DNA of 60,110 nucleotides, filler included, from Sphacelaria rigidula (Eukaryota): the NCBI GenBank assembly GCA_964200075.2. It is 9 parts of 9 records of this genome, joined end to end, with 100 filler letters (N's around TTAATTAATTAA, not from the genome) between each part and the next. Parts side by side here need not be neighbours in the genome. Positions count along the whole stretch, not along the records: positions 33,452 to 40,041 come from CAXNAA020019187.1; positions 40,142 to 46,731 come from CAXNAA020019188.1; positions 46,832 to 53,421 come from CAXNAA020019189.1; 6 more parts are not named here. One strand, given 5' to 3'. The notes below the pieces were generated by a model that was not told the DNA's origin, did not search any database, and saw only the letters and a list, made by a program, of their open reading frames with translations. How positions within the stretch are numbered: position 1 is the stretch's first letter; every line of letters begins with the position of its first letter. Position numbers and translations under genes: made by a program. This document shows positions 36,770-50,153 of this stretch, one piece after another.

Positions 36770-36873
36770 CGTTTGACGGCGAGGGTACAGGCTGGTTCAC
36801 GCAAAAGATCCAAAATTCTGTCATCAGCCAAATGCCTTCTCCAATCCCCAATAACCGCATACATGGTATCATA
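36770..36873 (-). CDS. Candidate isolated internal exon, unknown protein
   Basis: GGTCAG acceptor 36876-36874 and CG|GTAAAT donor; YDTMYAVIGDWRRHLADDRILDLLREPACTLAVKR; no family recognised. Confidence 0.4.
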
Positions 36874-38184
36874 CTGACCGCAATGTACAGAAGAAGAGGG
36901 TGACATGGCTGGATTTTTGTTCAAGAGTATGGCGGTGGCACTGTAGACAAATATGTGTCTCGACCAATCAGCGCTTTTCAATTTGTTCTGAAATTGAAAA
37001 CACGAATTACAAGCCCAATTTTCACCGAATCTCCACTTGCTTCAAATCGTGATGACCGTCATCACCTCAGGAATCTAACGGGAGAACATATTTAAAGACG
37101 GTTCCAACAGGGTCAAATTATACCCGAGACCATAATATTTCGGTTACGTGGAGTTTTCGCGTCGTCTAATTTCCACTCATGATACGTACAAGAGGGTCAG
37201 GGAGCCTCGTGACGATTTCCCTCATGTGTTGTAGAAAAGCTCAGATCATCCTCAAACTTAGCCATTCCGTAGGTATTGATACTCCAAATTAAAGATTGTA
37301 TTCTTGGCAAGATTCCAGAGTTTCTTCGTTATCTACCGGCTTCCGGGGGTCCCAGTACAAAAATCCTCGAAAGACGGTACAGAATGACTCAAAAGAAAAA
37401 ATTATAACATGATGCGTCCCGGGATAGTCCAAGAAACATATGTACGAAGTTTGGTGGAGAAAACCGATTTTTTTACACAGTTTTTCTTGCGTTGACGTAA
37501 AATTCACCCCGAAAGGACGTTTTTATACAAAAACCAAGTATTTAGGAGTGTGCACGTTTTGAGCTCACATCCTCGCACAAACGCGCAAACCTTTACGCAG
37601 TTACTAGGAGTTAGACCCTGAAACTTTGCACAAACGTGCTATGAATCATTACGCAAGTTTCGATTAACGAGTTTTCTTCACTCCTTGGATTTTTTTACCG
37701 TTTTTGGGGGGTCCGACGGGATTCAAGTCGTTCTTCAAAGCCGTCCCTTCTGGGATCCCAATAAACCGGTACCACGACCTTTTTTTCGGGTTTTTTCGCA
37801 AACGCCCTGTCGCCACAAAACCCGAGGAAGAGCCCCACCATTTTTCGTGCCAAACTCGATAAATTGAATCTTGAATTTCCATCTTAACGTCAAAGGAGGC
37901 CCAAAATACGCTTTTGATACTAAAATCTAGTAGTTTGCGATTTCGCGGTGCCAGGACAAGGTTCATCGCACAAACGCGAAAAACTTCACGCCATAATAAC
38001 GAGTTAGACCCTGAAAATTTGCACAGGTGTTCTATGGGCAATTACGCAACTTTGAATAAACGAGGTTTTCCGCGTTTTAACCGTTTTGACCGTTTTACGG
38101 GGGTCCGAATGGATCGAAGTTTCCACAGGAACCGTAGGAAAGGTACCGTACCGAGCGTCCCCGGTATTAACCGGGGTATCCCAT

Positions 38185-38735
38185 ACCGTGGTGTGCGTGG
38201 GTATCGTAGGTATGAGTTTCGGAAATACCTGATTGAGCGTGTAGGGTAGATATTGAAATCTCGAAATACAGTGGGTATCGTAGGTATGAGTTTCGAAAAT
38301 ACCTGACTGAGCGGGTACGGTAGGTATTGAAATCTCGAAATACTGTTTTAGGTCGCCCATTTCTTTTTGTGCTTTGCTTGTGTTGACTTTTCTATGACTT
38401 TTTTTTTTTTTGTCACGACTTAGTCTGCTGTGTCGTTCTGTTCGACCCCTCTTTTTTTTTCTTTTCTGTTCCTTATTTTTTTCTCTGAGCGTGTTTCAGT
38501 TTCGTTCTTGTTGCGTACGTCTATCATGAGACCACGGCTGGACCCCTGGGGGTCAGCTAATGTGCGACGCTCAATCAATCAACCGTGGTATCGTAGGTAT
38601 CGTAGGTATGGCATTTGAAAATACCGATTGGGCATGTACGGTAGGTACTAGTATCTCGAAATACCGTGGTATCGTAGGTATCGTAGGTATGACATTTGAA
38701 AATGCCCGATGGGACCGGTATCGGTAGGGTAGGAG
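38185..38735 (+). repeat. Tandem GGTATCGTAGGTAT-based subrepeat arrays (probable DNA-transposon interior) interrupted by a retroposon tail
   Basis: Two ~75-bp units at 38200-38345 and two ~83-bp units at 38583-38730 on either side of the 38350-38582 insertion. Confidence 0.7.
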
Positions 38736-41488
38736 ATGTCCCAAATACCAGGACGAGCTTGGCCAGCCAACAATGGGTGGTTTTCTCGCTCAGGCGACGC
38801 ACGGCGCGATATCAGGAGTTGGAGGCTGAGATTTTGACAGCAGCTTTTCATGATTGTATTGCAGAAGATCACGTGACCAGCAAAAAAAAAAAAAATGTAA
38901 AGTTATGGGGATTTAAAATTTCAGCAAAAACAAGATAATGTCTCAAGTCCAGAAAAAAAAATGAAAATCTGCAGATGCTCACGTGATGAATCATTCCCTT
39001 GGGTGCAGAAGGTCTTCCTGAAATTTCAGCTGAAGAGTCGTCGAATTGGGCCGTGCGTGCAACATGTGAGCGCTGACTTGTCAGTAGTCTAGTTGGTTGT
39101 CTCTTAAACCGTCACAAAAGTTAGTCGTGGGGGTTAAATCCCCGTCACTTTCACTCCGAGGAGGGCGACTCCCCTTCACAAACATCTTGCGTGACGCTGC
39201 TGCACCCCTATAATTCAAGTAATGGAAGACTCCAAATATGGAGGTCACGAGTTCAAATCCCGACAGATTTTTTTTTTTTTCGTCCGTCGTTGAGGTCATA
39301 TATTACGCGTATGGGTGGTATGCTTCTTGCACTCTGTCCACGGGTTCGAGAGATCGAGCTAATGTGACGAACATGGTAATGATAACAATAATAGTTATTA
39401 TTATGATTATGATTATGATTATGATTATGATTATGATTAATTATTATTATCAAGGGTCTATCAAAAATATATTTCGGGACACGTAGGCCCCAATACCGAA
39501 AATTCGAGTTTTTGAGAGGGGGGGGACACCCAGCCGTGTGTCCCCTGGTTTTTGCCGAAGCGTTGGCGGATGCCGTCAGCTGCCGTAGGCAGTAGAGATT
39601 ATTGTACATTATATATGATATATTATATGTCATATATTATATATATATTATATATCATATATCATATATTATATTTAATATATTACATATCATACACTAC
39701 ATTTAATAAGTTACATATAATATATTATAAATATATAAATAAATATGTAAAGGAGCAGAAGCAAATATATACCCCGCAAAGCCAACCAAACTCTTCGGAT
39801 TTTGTCATGTTCATTCATTAATTCCTTGCAACAAAGTTAAAAGGGCAATGGCCTAGAAAAGGTATACCTTCTCGTTTTTTGCCTAAGAAAGGTACGAAAA
39901 ATGGCCAGAAACGCGAAAACAGCTCAAGACGCCATTTTGACCGTTTTCGCTCCGGAGTTTTCACGCACACCATTCGGGGGGACCATACGCACCCGGGACT
40001 CGAAAACAAACGGATAAAAAACATGTTACTCGAGAGATATGNNNNNNNNNNNNNNNNNNNNNNNNNNNNNNNNNNNNNNNNNNNNTTAATTAATTAANNN
40101 NNNNNNNNNNNNNNNNNNNNNNNNNNNNNNNNNNNNNNNNNCGGTCATCGGTAAGGTGTTTCTATCATGAGTGCAGCAGGTCTTGGCATTTATGCCATGC
40201 AATGTCCACCCCTTCAGAGGGGGTGATGATCTCTCTGAAATGACAAAAAAAAACGTTTTCCGAAACTCTCTCATTAAGTGATCGCTTCTCACTCTCAATC
40301 ATATCCTAGATTTAATCTCACGAAAACATTGTCAGCGATATACTTTCATCGGGCTGATTCGGGGAACACAAAAAGATATCGTGAGGCCGCGGTATGTTCG
40401 TCATTATAACGGCCCAGCTCGTGCTGCACTGAAAAATATGTTTGTTGTGTGTTTCCCTCGCCTAGTTTTCTGCAGAGAAATTGGCGCGCGGTAGACGTGC
40501 ATAGTTCCGACAAGGCCAAAAAAGTATCTTTATTGGGGGGGGGCGTTCTCATGTGTTGCCTTAGTCGTCTGACCATTGACCACGCATCCCTTTCGAGACG
40601 GAGCACCGTCTCGAAAACTATTTTTTCGGGGGGGGGTTGTAGCAAAAAAATTGAGGAAAAATCGAGAAGTGTTCTTGGCTGGGGTGAGTGAGGGGTGATG
40701 GTGCGGCTGAAACGGTTTGCATTTACTTCTTGTTTTCCTCGCGCTTCGTTCCCTTCTCTTTAGCACCTACTACTCGGAATACGCCGCTGTTGTTCAGCCG
40801 ACCTTTCATGTGGGAGGGTGAATATAGTGAGCAGATGGCTCTCGTCCTCGCTGGTCGACCGTCAGGTCTCATCAAACGTTATACAGGACTCGGCCGTTGG
40901 CGTGATGGGGTGGTGGGTTACACAGTCTCATGCTACGTTTCCTTCGTCAAAGGAGCAAAAGTTGATGAAAGATGAAGGAAAACTCGGCACCTGCTTCCAG
41001 CTGTGCTCACCACCTGTGTGGCTGATGGGCTCGACGGACAAACGCACGTTGCGCTGCTTTGAAGGTGGTGCCGTTTGTCCTTGTCACGAACAGAGACAAA
41101 TCGCACTTCTCCTACCGCGGGGCAAACCATCCATCCAACCGCGCTGTACTAATGGTGTTGCCTGAACAATGATCGATGGATACATACAACTCGAAGACCT
41201 ATCTATCCATGCAGTACCTGGAAAATGGAGAGAACACCAACAACTACATAGGTGAACCTTTGACCGTTACTCGATATCCCAACTGAGTGTTGATGGTCTC
41301 TAGAACATGTACTAAATCATGTGGGTATGGATGATTCTTGGGGATATCTTCGCCACATAGCCAATGGATACCTTTCGGGGATGTTCCCCAAAAACGATTT
41401 CGATTATTTGGGGCACGTTGATGCAATAGCCTGAAGGATCTTTAGAGGATTAGAGGATTACCGAACTGTGGGGAATCGTGATGAGGCT

Positions 41489-41548
<60 letters not shown>

Positions 41549-42999
41549 AGATACTCCCCCTAGCCCGCTGAGAACCGCTCTAACCACTTGCACAGCAAGC
41601 ACTCGACCGAGTAATCTATACAATCTCCAAACGACGGTGCTTTTACTATGGGTTCGTAAGTGAGGTGCGGTGTGATCATATCTGCCGTCAACCAAGCAAC
41701 ACGCTAGCGAAGTTCATCGGCACTTGCTTACACGGCCACGGCGTCAATGATGAGGATTTTTAGTGCTCGTGAGACAATGCTCGGTGGTTCACGGGATCTC
41801 GGATCTGCGCAGCCAAGGCAATGACAGGATTTACGCATGAAAAGCGTGGCAGACATGTACGCCCCCTTCTACCATTACCGATCCAGTAGATGCACGGTAG
41901 CTTTACTTTACCCGTATGATTAGTAGTGGGGGCTTGTTGAGTTCGGGTACAAAAGTAAGATAGTGTAGAGCTTGCAAACAATAAGCGCGTTCGTTTTACT
42001 CCAAGTAAAGTCGATGCCGTGTATGATTTTCAAGGGAGACGTGTTTATGTCATCAAATTATCCACGGCCTTTTCTCAAGCTCTCTCCAGGGTCCCCCTTA
42101 TTCAGGTGCACTGTTTCCATAAGTTGTGCTGCGCGCCGCGAAAAATTGTCCTCGAGAATGGGTCCACGCAAAGGTCGCGTATCGACGTTTGCTGAATCCT
42201 ATTTTGGACATGACGGTCAGGGATCTGGCCAGGCGATCTCGCTCTCCATGTTTCGCGTGGAATACGTTGAAGAGGCACTATTCCCCGAGCACCGCGGGAG
42301 CTGTAAGTTTTGATGTTTTGGACGATATTATTTGTTCTTGAAAAAAGTTGCCGTGAAAAAAACATCTCACACACCTGGTTCGGAGACGGTAAGAGTAAAA
42401 TCCGTGCAAGAAAAGTGCATGCACTTTCGAAAATCTAGCGTTGTGCTTCTGACAAAGGGTACGTAGATTTTCGCCAGAGTCAATCGCGTGCTCGAGTGCT
42501 CGAACCCAAAACTACCGATAATGAGATGATTAGCAATATCTCGATTCCCGTTCCCTCGGATTGCTCCCACGTGCAAGGTACACTTCGCATGGAGCACCAA
42601 CTAACCGCAGACCAAGGTCCACAGGTGAATGAGGGATACTTTTTGTGTTTTGGTAAGATTTAGGGGGGGTGTACTCATGATCATGCATGCCATAGTCATA
42701 TGACCATGATTCGGGGGGGGGGGGGGGTAAGGAGGTGTGACACAACCGCGCGTACCTGAAATATAGCAGTATAACGTCAGCCTTGAGCAAGGAATTTTGG
42801 AGCTAAGAGGTCGGGAACGGCACAGATACCAGTAGTTCAGGTGGGGGGTCGGCGACCGCTACTATTTCCAACCTCGGGGAGGACGGAAATACTCAGAGAA
42901 GGTCTGATGGTAAACAATGTTTCGTATGTAACGAGTTTGGTCGTTTTGTTTCTGGGTGCCATGAATATGTTCGCGAAGACTACGGCAAGAAACATTTTG

Positions 43000-45900
43000 A
43001 CAAATAAGTCGACACACAAGGCTAAGGTACTGCTTGCAAGTAGTACCGACGAGGAGAGAAAATAGCTGAGGTTGACGACTCAAATGGCTAGTATAGATGG
43101 ACCAAATGAGGGAGGAACGCGCCTGAATTTCATTCCATGTGAATCTAGAGGAAGATTCGGTACCAGCCGCACCAGGGGATGAAGAATGTTATTGTGTGGG
43201 CAGTGAGACAACGGTGAGCATGACACCAGCACAATGCATGGTTGACTATGAGAAATCCGGTGTTGACGTGCTCCAAGCAGCTAATGACACGCCGGGACCG
43301 ATGGCAACCCGGAAAGGGGTTTTGCTTGCAGGGGGGCGCAAGGTGATTGAAGGTCCGTCTTCGGCAGGTTGTCACCGGCGAGGAGCCGCTTAGACCACAA
43401 TATAACTTCGATGAGCTGCATCCAGTTGGGGGATGTACTGGAGGGTATGATGCGCGGAAGCGTATCTCTTGAGGATGCGCTTGTTGTTGAGGTGGCGATA
43501 ACTGCGGAATTGGTTGATGAGGTTTGTTCCAGCGATGGGAAGGTATCTGAAATTCAAGTAGGGAGTAAGAGACGTTGGTAACGAGGTCGTCATGCGAAAT
43601 GCGGTCAGTACTCCCGGAGTAGTGACAGGTGCCATGGACGACTGCGATGATTCTTGCGCGAGAGTGAACAGACTTTACTCGGATAAGAACGTGTATGTCG
43701 AAGATCTTTTTCACGGGTTTGCACGTGTCGTGTGATGATGCCTAGGGAGAATGCAGGTCATCCATCGTTGCTGAGATGGTGTCGTGCGTCGTCGGAATCA
43801 GCGGTGTTTCTTCTTCGTCTAGCGCATCTTAAGAGAGAGCAGGCCTCTTCTTCCGAGAGGGATGGAAACGAAAACATGTATGCGTTCCGGCCGCCTCTGC
43901 GTTCATGTCTCTCTCGTATTGCGACAGGCCTTTGTCTCTAGGCGAAGCGTGTGCTGCCGTTCACTCTTCCGAAATGGATTATATATCTTGCGTTCAGTGG
44001 CTGACAACTATGTTGACTGCACGATTTTGTTGTGCCATGCTAATCATATTAACTAGTGTTGGTCCGTAGCGAGTTTTTTACAGGTGCCCAGATAAATCGA
44101 TCTGCCCGGGGCGAAGACACGGCGAGGTGTGTTGGGTTTGCGGATGTGTTGTTGAGGGTATATGATATGCGGTCGTATCGAGCAATCAACTGTTGTTGAT
44201 GTCTTCGAGACGCTAAGAAAGTAGGGCAATGCTGACTGTCCAGAGATATTCATTATCACCACGAATAGTATGTGATAGCATCCCCACAATTTGCATACGT
44301 GCGCTCCTTCATCATACATTAGCGAAAGAAAAAATTGAGGACCATTTTTTTGTTTGTCATGTGCGACAATTACTGTAGTACACATCTCCAACCGCCAAGG
44401 GCTGCCGCGGACCCTTATGCGAAATTCCATGGAAGAAGAAAATTTCACGGCGTCTTGCGATTTTGCTCTCTTTTTCCGGAGTACGTACGCGGAAGAAAAA
44501 CATTAACTATTATTTTTCCTAAGTTTCGTTCTTCCGAGACACTTGTCCAAGAGGCATGTTCTTGGTCTATAGAATGTCTGCCATCACCTACGCTGTTGTT
44601 GGAACACTGAGATTTCTGTTTGGTGGTATATACCCATTTTCGACAGAAACTTTTCGTGTTGTATGTGACCTGCTCGTGGAGATTGATACCAGCACCTGGT
44701 AGGTCTTCTTTGGTTGTACCCCTCCTCAGCGCATACCTACGAGGTCGAGATTCCCAACCTCCCGCTTGTTTGTGCGTGCAGCTCCGAGATTTGGATTGGT
44801 ACATGGCTATGCGACGATTTGATGAGCAGATGATGACTAACGACGAACTCCGACATGTGGTGCCACAGTGCTGGCCGACATCGATTCTGCTATCCAGGTG
44901 CTCTTCGACGTTCCCCGTGTTATCAAGGAGAAGGGGGGCTCCGCGTGGCTTCCTGCTTGACCTGTTTAAAATGCCGTTTTTCTGAGTTCCCCCGTCTCAA
45001 CCGCGGAAGGTAGACAAATCCGCTTGCCTACTGTTATGTCGTTTCAGTTTCGCAGTTTGGTAAATCCTCTGGCCGCGGTAAAAGCAGGGGGGAAGAAGTA
45101 CTGGAATGTATATTTATGGACTGTGAAATAATCTTGTCAGGATTCGGATTTGTGGCGAGGTAGCCACAGCGGTATGTTGCTAGAAGTTAAGTTTGAACGC
45201 AGACTATTTCGAGAGCGTGAACATGACCTGTGTAAATTGCGTTTGAACACATGCGACGTAGATAGTGCTCATCGTATCCATCGATTGGTGTTACTCGCCT
45301 GATTCTTTGTCCCGTCTAAGGATCAGGAAGAGATATCGATGGTGCTGCCATGAAGACCGGAAAATTGGTGATGTTGGTCATTCCAGGCGGCCGTAAAGTC
45401 GTACGGAATATAATCGGCTTACTCAACTCCCGCAGGCGTTGTGGTCACCGGGGAACCTAGAAGCTGTGGGTGTAGTGTGGCTTGTGAGGCTTTCGTCGCG
45501 GAGATGGAATAATGTTGCGAAAAACACTTCAGGTTTGATCATTTAAGTGAAAAAGCATTACTTTCGCGCAAATTTGTCGTCGATTCCGGTCGATAGTGTG
45601 AAACGGCTAAGTTCTGAATGTGTGGAAGATACGATTTTTTATATGAGCCGTGTGATGTTGGCTCGAGACGGCGAGGGTGCGTCGTTCTGGCCGATGAGCT
45701 GTGAAATATATAGTTTAAACTCCGGAGTATGCTGGCGTCAAGGACTTTATGTGGTGGAGAGGACTGGATTTCTGTGGCGTCACGGATGGCTTCATCTGTT
45801 TTGTAGTTGGGCAGTGGCGTAGCTGAATCCTACTTTCGCTCCATTGCACAATGTGAATATTAATACGGTTTACCAGCGTTTCATCGTTTGGATTGTTTTT

Positions 45901-46480
45901 GGTGGTGGAGATTTTTGCAACCAGACGAAGGCGTTGATAGGCATCGAACACAGCTAAAGCACTTTGTTTGATCAGCTAAGGTGCGGCTGTGTCCAATAGT
46001 AGGCTTCAGTTTTCTGTCGAGTCACTAGCGCTCGAGTGGGATCTCGCTCCGAGGTTTAAATTAGGGGTCTCACGAGGTGATGAAGTGCGTTCTCATGAGA
46101 TGTGCAATGCTTGAGTTCACATTCTCGGTCGGTTGTGTGTTTTTTTATTTTTCTCGTGACCAGGTTTTCTCCTTCCGGCATTGATATTTGATGTAAGTTA
46201 GCATTGGAATCTTTAGACTGGTTAATTCACCAACGAGTGTAGCTGCAAGGGTAACCATTACGAGTAGAGGGCTTCCCTATTGCTGATGACGGTCTCTAGG
46301 ACATATGGTACCTCTGCGGATGTGTTTGATTCTTAGGGGTAACTTGGGTATAAGACCGACGAGCTCTTTCTAAAATGATGACAAATTGCCCCGATTGTTT
46401 GGGGCACGTCGCTTCGATAGCCTGAGGAATCTTGGGCGGATGGCGAAACTGTGGGGCATCGAGATGGGGCTATCTTGAGC
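43000..46480 (-). mobile_element. Heavily decayed LINE (reverse transcriptase region); boundaries approximate
   Basis: Remnant RT motifs in the correct order across frames: RPALWHHMSEF..LLIK..AMYQS (~44880-44790), GMR*GGVQP (GxRQG-like, ~44735), SLMYDEG (YADD-like, ~44320), SIYLGT (YLG, ~44090); 46385-46460 recurs at ~41400-41475. Confidence 0.65.
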
Positions 46481-47545
46481 CCCCTCAGTGCTCCTCATCT
46501 TGGCGGTATTATTTCCATCGCTTGTGCAGCAAAATTCGACTTAACGGTCGACGAGGGAAAAGACTGCTGAACCCCTCTCGCGATAAAAAATAAAGGAAAG
46601 CGCCGCAGAAGGAAGGTGGGGTATTAAAAGCAAATAAAAAAGAGAAAGTTCCTGTGTTGACCTTCTTAACAGCCAATCATCTATGTTGAGGATGGTGCTT
46701 TTGATTGAGGATGAGAACCCGGAGGATTAAANNNNNNNNNNNNNNNNNNNNNNNNNNNNNNNNNNNNNNNNNNNNTTAATTAATTAANNNNNNNNNNNNN
46801 NNNNNNNNNNNNNNNNNNNNNNNNNNNNNNNGCCTGTCTTCCGATCAAATCCGATATGTTTTCAAGATTCAAGCCGCCCTTGGTCCACATTTTTTTTTTT
46901 CAAATAGGCTGGAAAAAAAAAAAACGCAGTGCAGGAATCGAACTGCCATCCTTATTGACGCGTAAGATGTGTCTGCTTCCCGCCATCACAAATGTGAGAG
47001 CGCGAGGAGGGGAGAAAAATCACTGACGAGAGTCGACGCGTCGAAGTGCCGATCCAATCCGCATTACTAGAATGTAGGCGTGTACCGGGAGGGGGGTGGG
47101 TGGGTGGGTTGGGGGGGGGGGGGGGGGGGAACTCATGATCTTGCATGTCGTAGTCATAAGACCATTGGCCTCGCAAGGGCGTGAGAAGGAGAGAAAAATT
47201 GCTGACGAGAGTCGACGCGTTGAAGTGCCGATCCACTTTTCATGACCAGAATGTAGGCGTGTACCGACTGTACTCATCGGCGTGTACCGGGAGTTGGGGC
47301 GGGGGAAGATCCCCTTAGACGCCCGATTCGTGCCGATGAAGACGAAGGATTCAAGGTGTTGAGGAAAAAACCAACCTTTTTTTTGTGTGATTTGTGCCCT
47401 TTTTCTAGATCGATAGTCTCCGCACACAATCCGCGACGGTGATGCTAGAGAGAAAATCGTCATCGCTCGATCTAGGTGAAGACCTCCACGCAATTTATTG
47501 GTAGAATTTTTTACTTCGCTGTAGTAGCGTAAATAACTGTGCTCA

Positions 47546-47914
47546 ACCGGTCGCCTCGGTGGCTCAGGTTAATAACCTCGAAACCTTCTGACGGCTGGGT
47601 TGTGGGTTCGAATCTCGGTAAAGTCACACGTTCTGGGATTTTTTCTCACACTATGGCCAACATGCAGTGAAGAGCGACTATGTCGTGGGTACACAGAAGT
47701 CGACTGCACTGTTGTCGATGAGGGGAAAAGACCACCGAACCCCTCTTTTCACGATATAAAAAAGAGGAGAAACACGGCAGAATGAAGGTGGAGTACTGAA
47801 ACTAGGGAAGAAGCGAAAACTCCCGTGTTGGCCTTCCTCCTGTGTGACCCCGGCTGATGCGTCCACATGTACCAAAAGGTGTAGACTGGCGTCCAGAGTA
47901 GATGATGATAACAC
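47546..47914 (+). mobile_element. Full-length tRNA-derived SINE (~370 bp)
   Basis: A-box-like TGGCTCAGGTTAA (47560-47572), B-box GGTTCGAATC (47605-47614), body shared with at least five other copies in the window, (ACA)-type tail. Confidence 0.85.
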
Positions 47915-48024
47915 GCAATACAACCCCACCATCTCTATCGGCATTTTTATTTTAGTGAGGTAAACCTTGTGCTTCCTCTTACCTGCGGCCGTGGCAAATT
48001 ACAATCCGTGTGAACCGCACGCAG

Positions 48025-48114
48025 TACGTATCGATCCGCGAGGGAGTGCGAAAGCGGACGCTAGAGCTTGGCGAGGATGCGCAGGCGGTACCGATTACCG
48101 TTCGACAGCTTGAG
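48025..48114 (+). CDS. MCM5: DNA replication licensing factor MCM5, internal exon
   Basis: GCAG acceptor and GAG|GTATGC donor; 90 bp; YVSIREGVRKRTLELGEDAQAVPITVRQLE (sensor-2 PITVRQLE motif). Confidence 0.92.
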
Positions 48115-49210
48115 GTATGCACTACTGCAGAGTGGTGAAGACAAAATGGTCTATCGCCTTCTTGTCGCGATTATGTCGGATATAAGTGCCTGCAGTAGAC
48201 ACGATGAAGACACGTGAATTCCAAACTTACCGAGAAGTTTTGTGTGGTCGGCCAACAAGGATATGCTCAACATTTTTGCCGAACTTGACTTTTATATATC
48301 TTGACAGCGCAGGTGACGGCCGTTTTTTTAATTCTCTTACTACGTGAGATACACATGCGATGTATCGTGTGTTGCTTCCCCCTCCCCCCTTTCGTTTCGC
48401 TCACTATCCGATTTCCCAAACCTGAGCGAACAGCGGCGGGGCAACTCTTGTGTGCGTTTGTGTGCTGAAAGCCTTGGAGCTACACCCAACGGACGTTTGC
48501 CCCCACCTTGAGGCCGGTCTCAATCGCCAACTTCGATGTCTGGTTGCGTTCATCGACACCCGTAGACGGAAAACATTCGACGCGCGTGTACCGCACGTAA
48601 TGATGACTGAACCAATAACGAAGCGCTTCTTCCACACAGCGAAGATAGAACATAGCACGTAGCACAACCAAGACGAAACACACGCGCCGATTACATCACC
48701 ACAGCGTGTCCGTCCGTCCCCTTGGGCGCGGCTGAGAACGTGTACAGTAGGAGAGGAGTGCTCCTAAGAGTACGGCGGCGCGTGCACTGCGCCGAGTTGA
48801 TGGGGGGTTCAGTGGGAGTATCCTCCACACTGCCTTGAGCAAAGCTTGCGAACGCTCGACTGCCGCGAGGCAGTCCAGTCGAGCCTTGGGGTAATCGGCA
48901 CACCGACTGCGCTCGCTTGCGAGGTAAGTGTCAGGTTGGGTTTCCTTCCCTTTTCCCGTCAAGGAAAAAAAAAGAAAAAGCGGAGGAGTAGTGAAAAACT
49001 CACCACGGTTCAAAGTCAGCCTATAATAGTGTCGTGAAGGAGGGGTCGGTCAAGAAGCCACCGCATAGAGTTTGTGCGAGGAGATAGATGTCCGTGTCTT
49101 GTGTGCAGGCATGTTTTCATCCTTCCCCTGCTCCCGCAATTGTTTTTTTCGCCCTCTCGCACCCGCTGTTTCCACGCACGACGGCTTCATAAATTAACGA
49201 ATTTGTTTAG

Positions 49211-49447
49211 GCCCTGGTGCGACTGTCGGAGTCCCTGGCAAAGATGCGCCTCTCCGGAGAGGTGACGGCACAAGACGTACAGGAAGCCCTACGCCTCTTC
49301 AAGGTTTCCACCATGGCAGCCGCGCAGGCGGGCTCCACGGCGGGAGATCTGGGGTCCCTCAGGCCCGAGACTCAGCGCGAGGTTCATAGGGCAGAGGACT
49401 TCTTGAAGAGACGGATAGCGGTACGCAGCACCGTCAATCGCAAAAAG
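49211..49447 (+). CDS. MCM5: MCM5, internal exon (AAA+ lid and start of C-terminal domain)
   Basis: TTTAG acceptor and AAG|GTGAGG donor; 237 bp; ALVRLSESLAKMRL...DVQEALRLFKVSTMAAA...LKRRIAV; EALRLF.VSTM.AA is characteristic of MCM5. Confidence 0.93.
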
Positions 49448-49894
49448 GTGAGGGTACGCGTGAATGCGTTGGACGGTAGATACTATCTCGTGGCCGGGGC
49501 TGGATTCTTGTAGCGAATCACTACTGCGACGATCAACCAATCGACCAATCAATCAGTGTAGGTCTTACTTACACAGTGTGGAAACGATGACGTTTCCGCA
49601 GATGATGACCCATCCTGGCGCGCGAGGGGTTGGATCATGGTTTTTACAACAATTCCTCATCAAGCGGCTTTTTCTATTATATGAAATCCTCTCCCCCGCG
49701 ATGTTTTTTTTTCTTTGTAGGGTGGTGTTTTCCTGTACGTTAAACCTCGTGGGCGTAATCTCGTGCGAGAAAACAGTCTTCGTGAAGAGGAGATTTCCCG
49801 TGCTGCAGTAACAACAAAAGCTAGACCAAATGCCAGACGGAGTAGGATGGTTAGGACGGGGTGAGGGGTGGAAGTTTTGTATCGGTAATTGTTT

Positions 49895-50153
49895 CACGGT
49901 TCGGACGAATCATCGCTAGTTCGAATCACCAAATCCACGATTTCTGAGGTCTGATTGCTCGAAAAGAGAGAAGAAAGTCGACCACTGGTCAAACAGGTCT
50001 CCACGCAACTTTTGCGGCATTCCACGTGCCTGGACTGCGCGTACCTGGGTTGCAACGCTGGAAACAAAGCGTGAGGATTGATTCGTACCGTACGAATCAA
50101 TCACACTAAAATCAAGTAATTTCCGGACGAATCATTAATTCGTCCGACCCTTG
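49895..50153. mobile_element. 259-bp hAT MITE, second copy (downstream of the MCM5 exon, probably intronic)
   Basis: Reverse-complement match to 20869-21127; TSD AATTGTTT / ATTTGTTT (one mismatch). Confidence 0.88.

Noticed and set aside
47546..47625. tRNA gene (also B-box-like GTTCAAATCC at ~39251-39260)
   Set aside because: No convincing cloverleaf; the 47546 sequence continues into a repeated SINE body.
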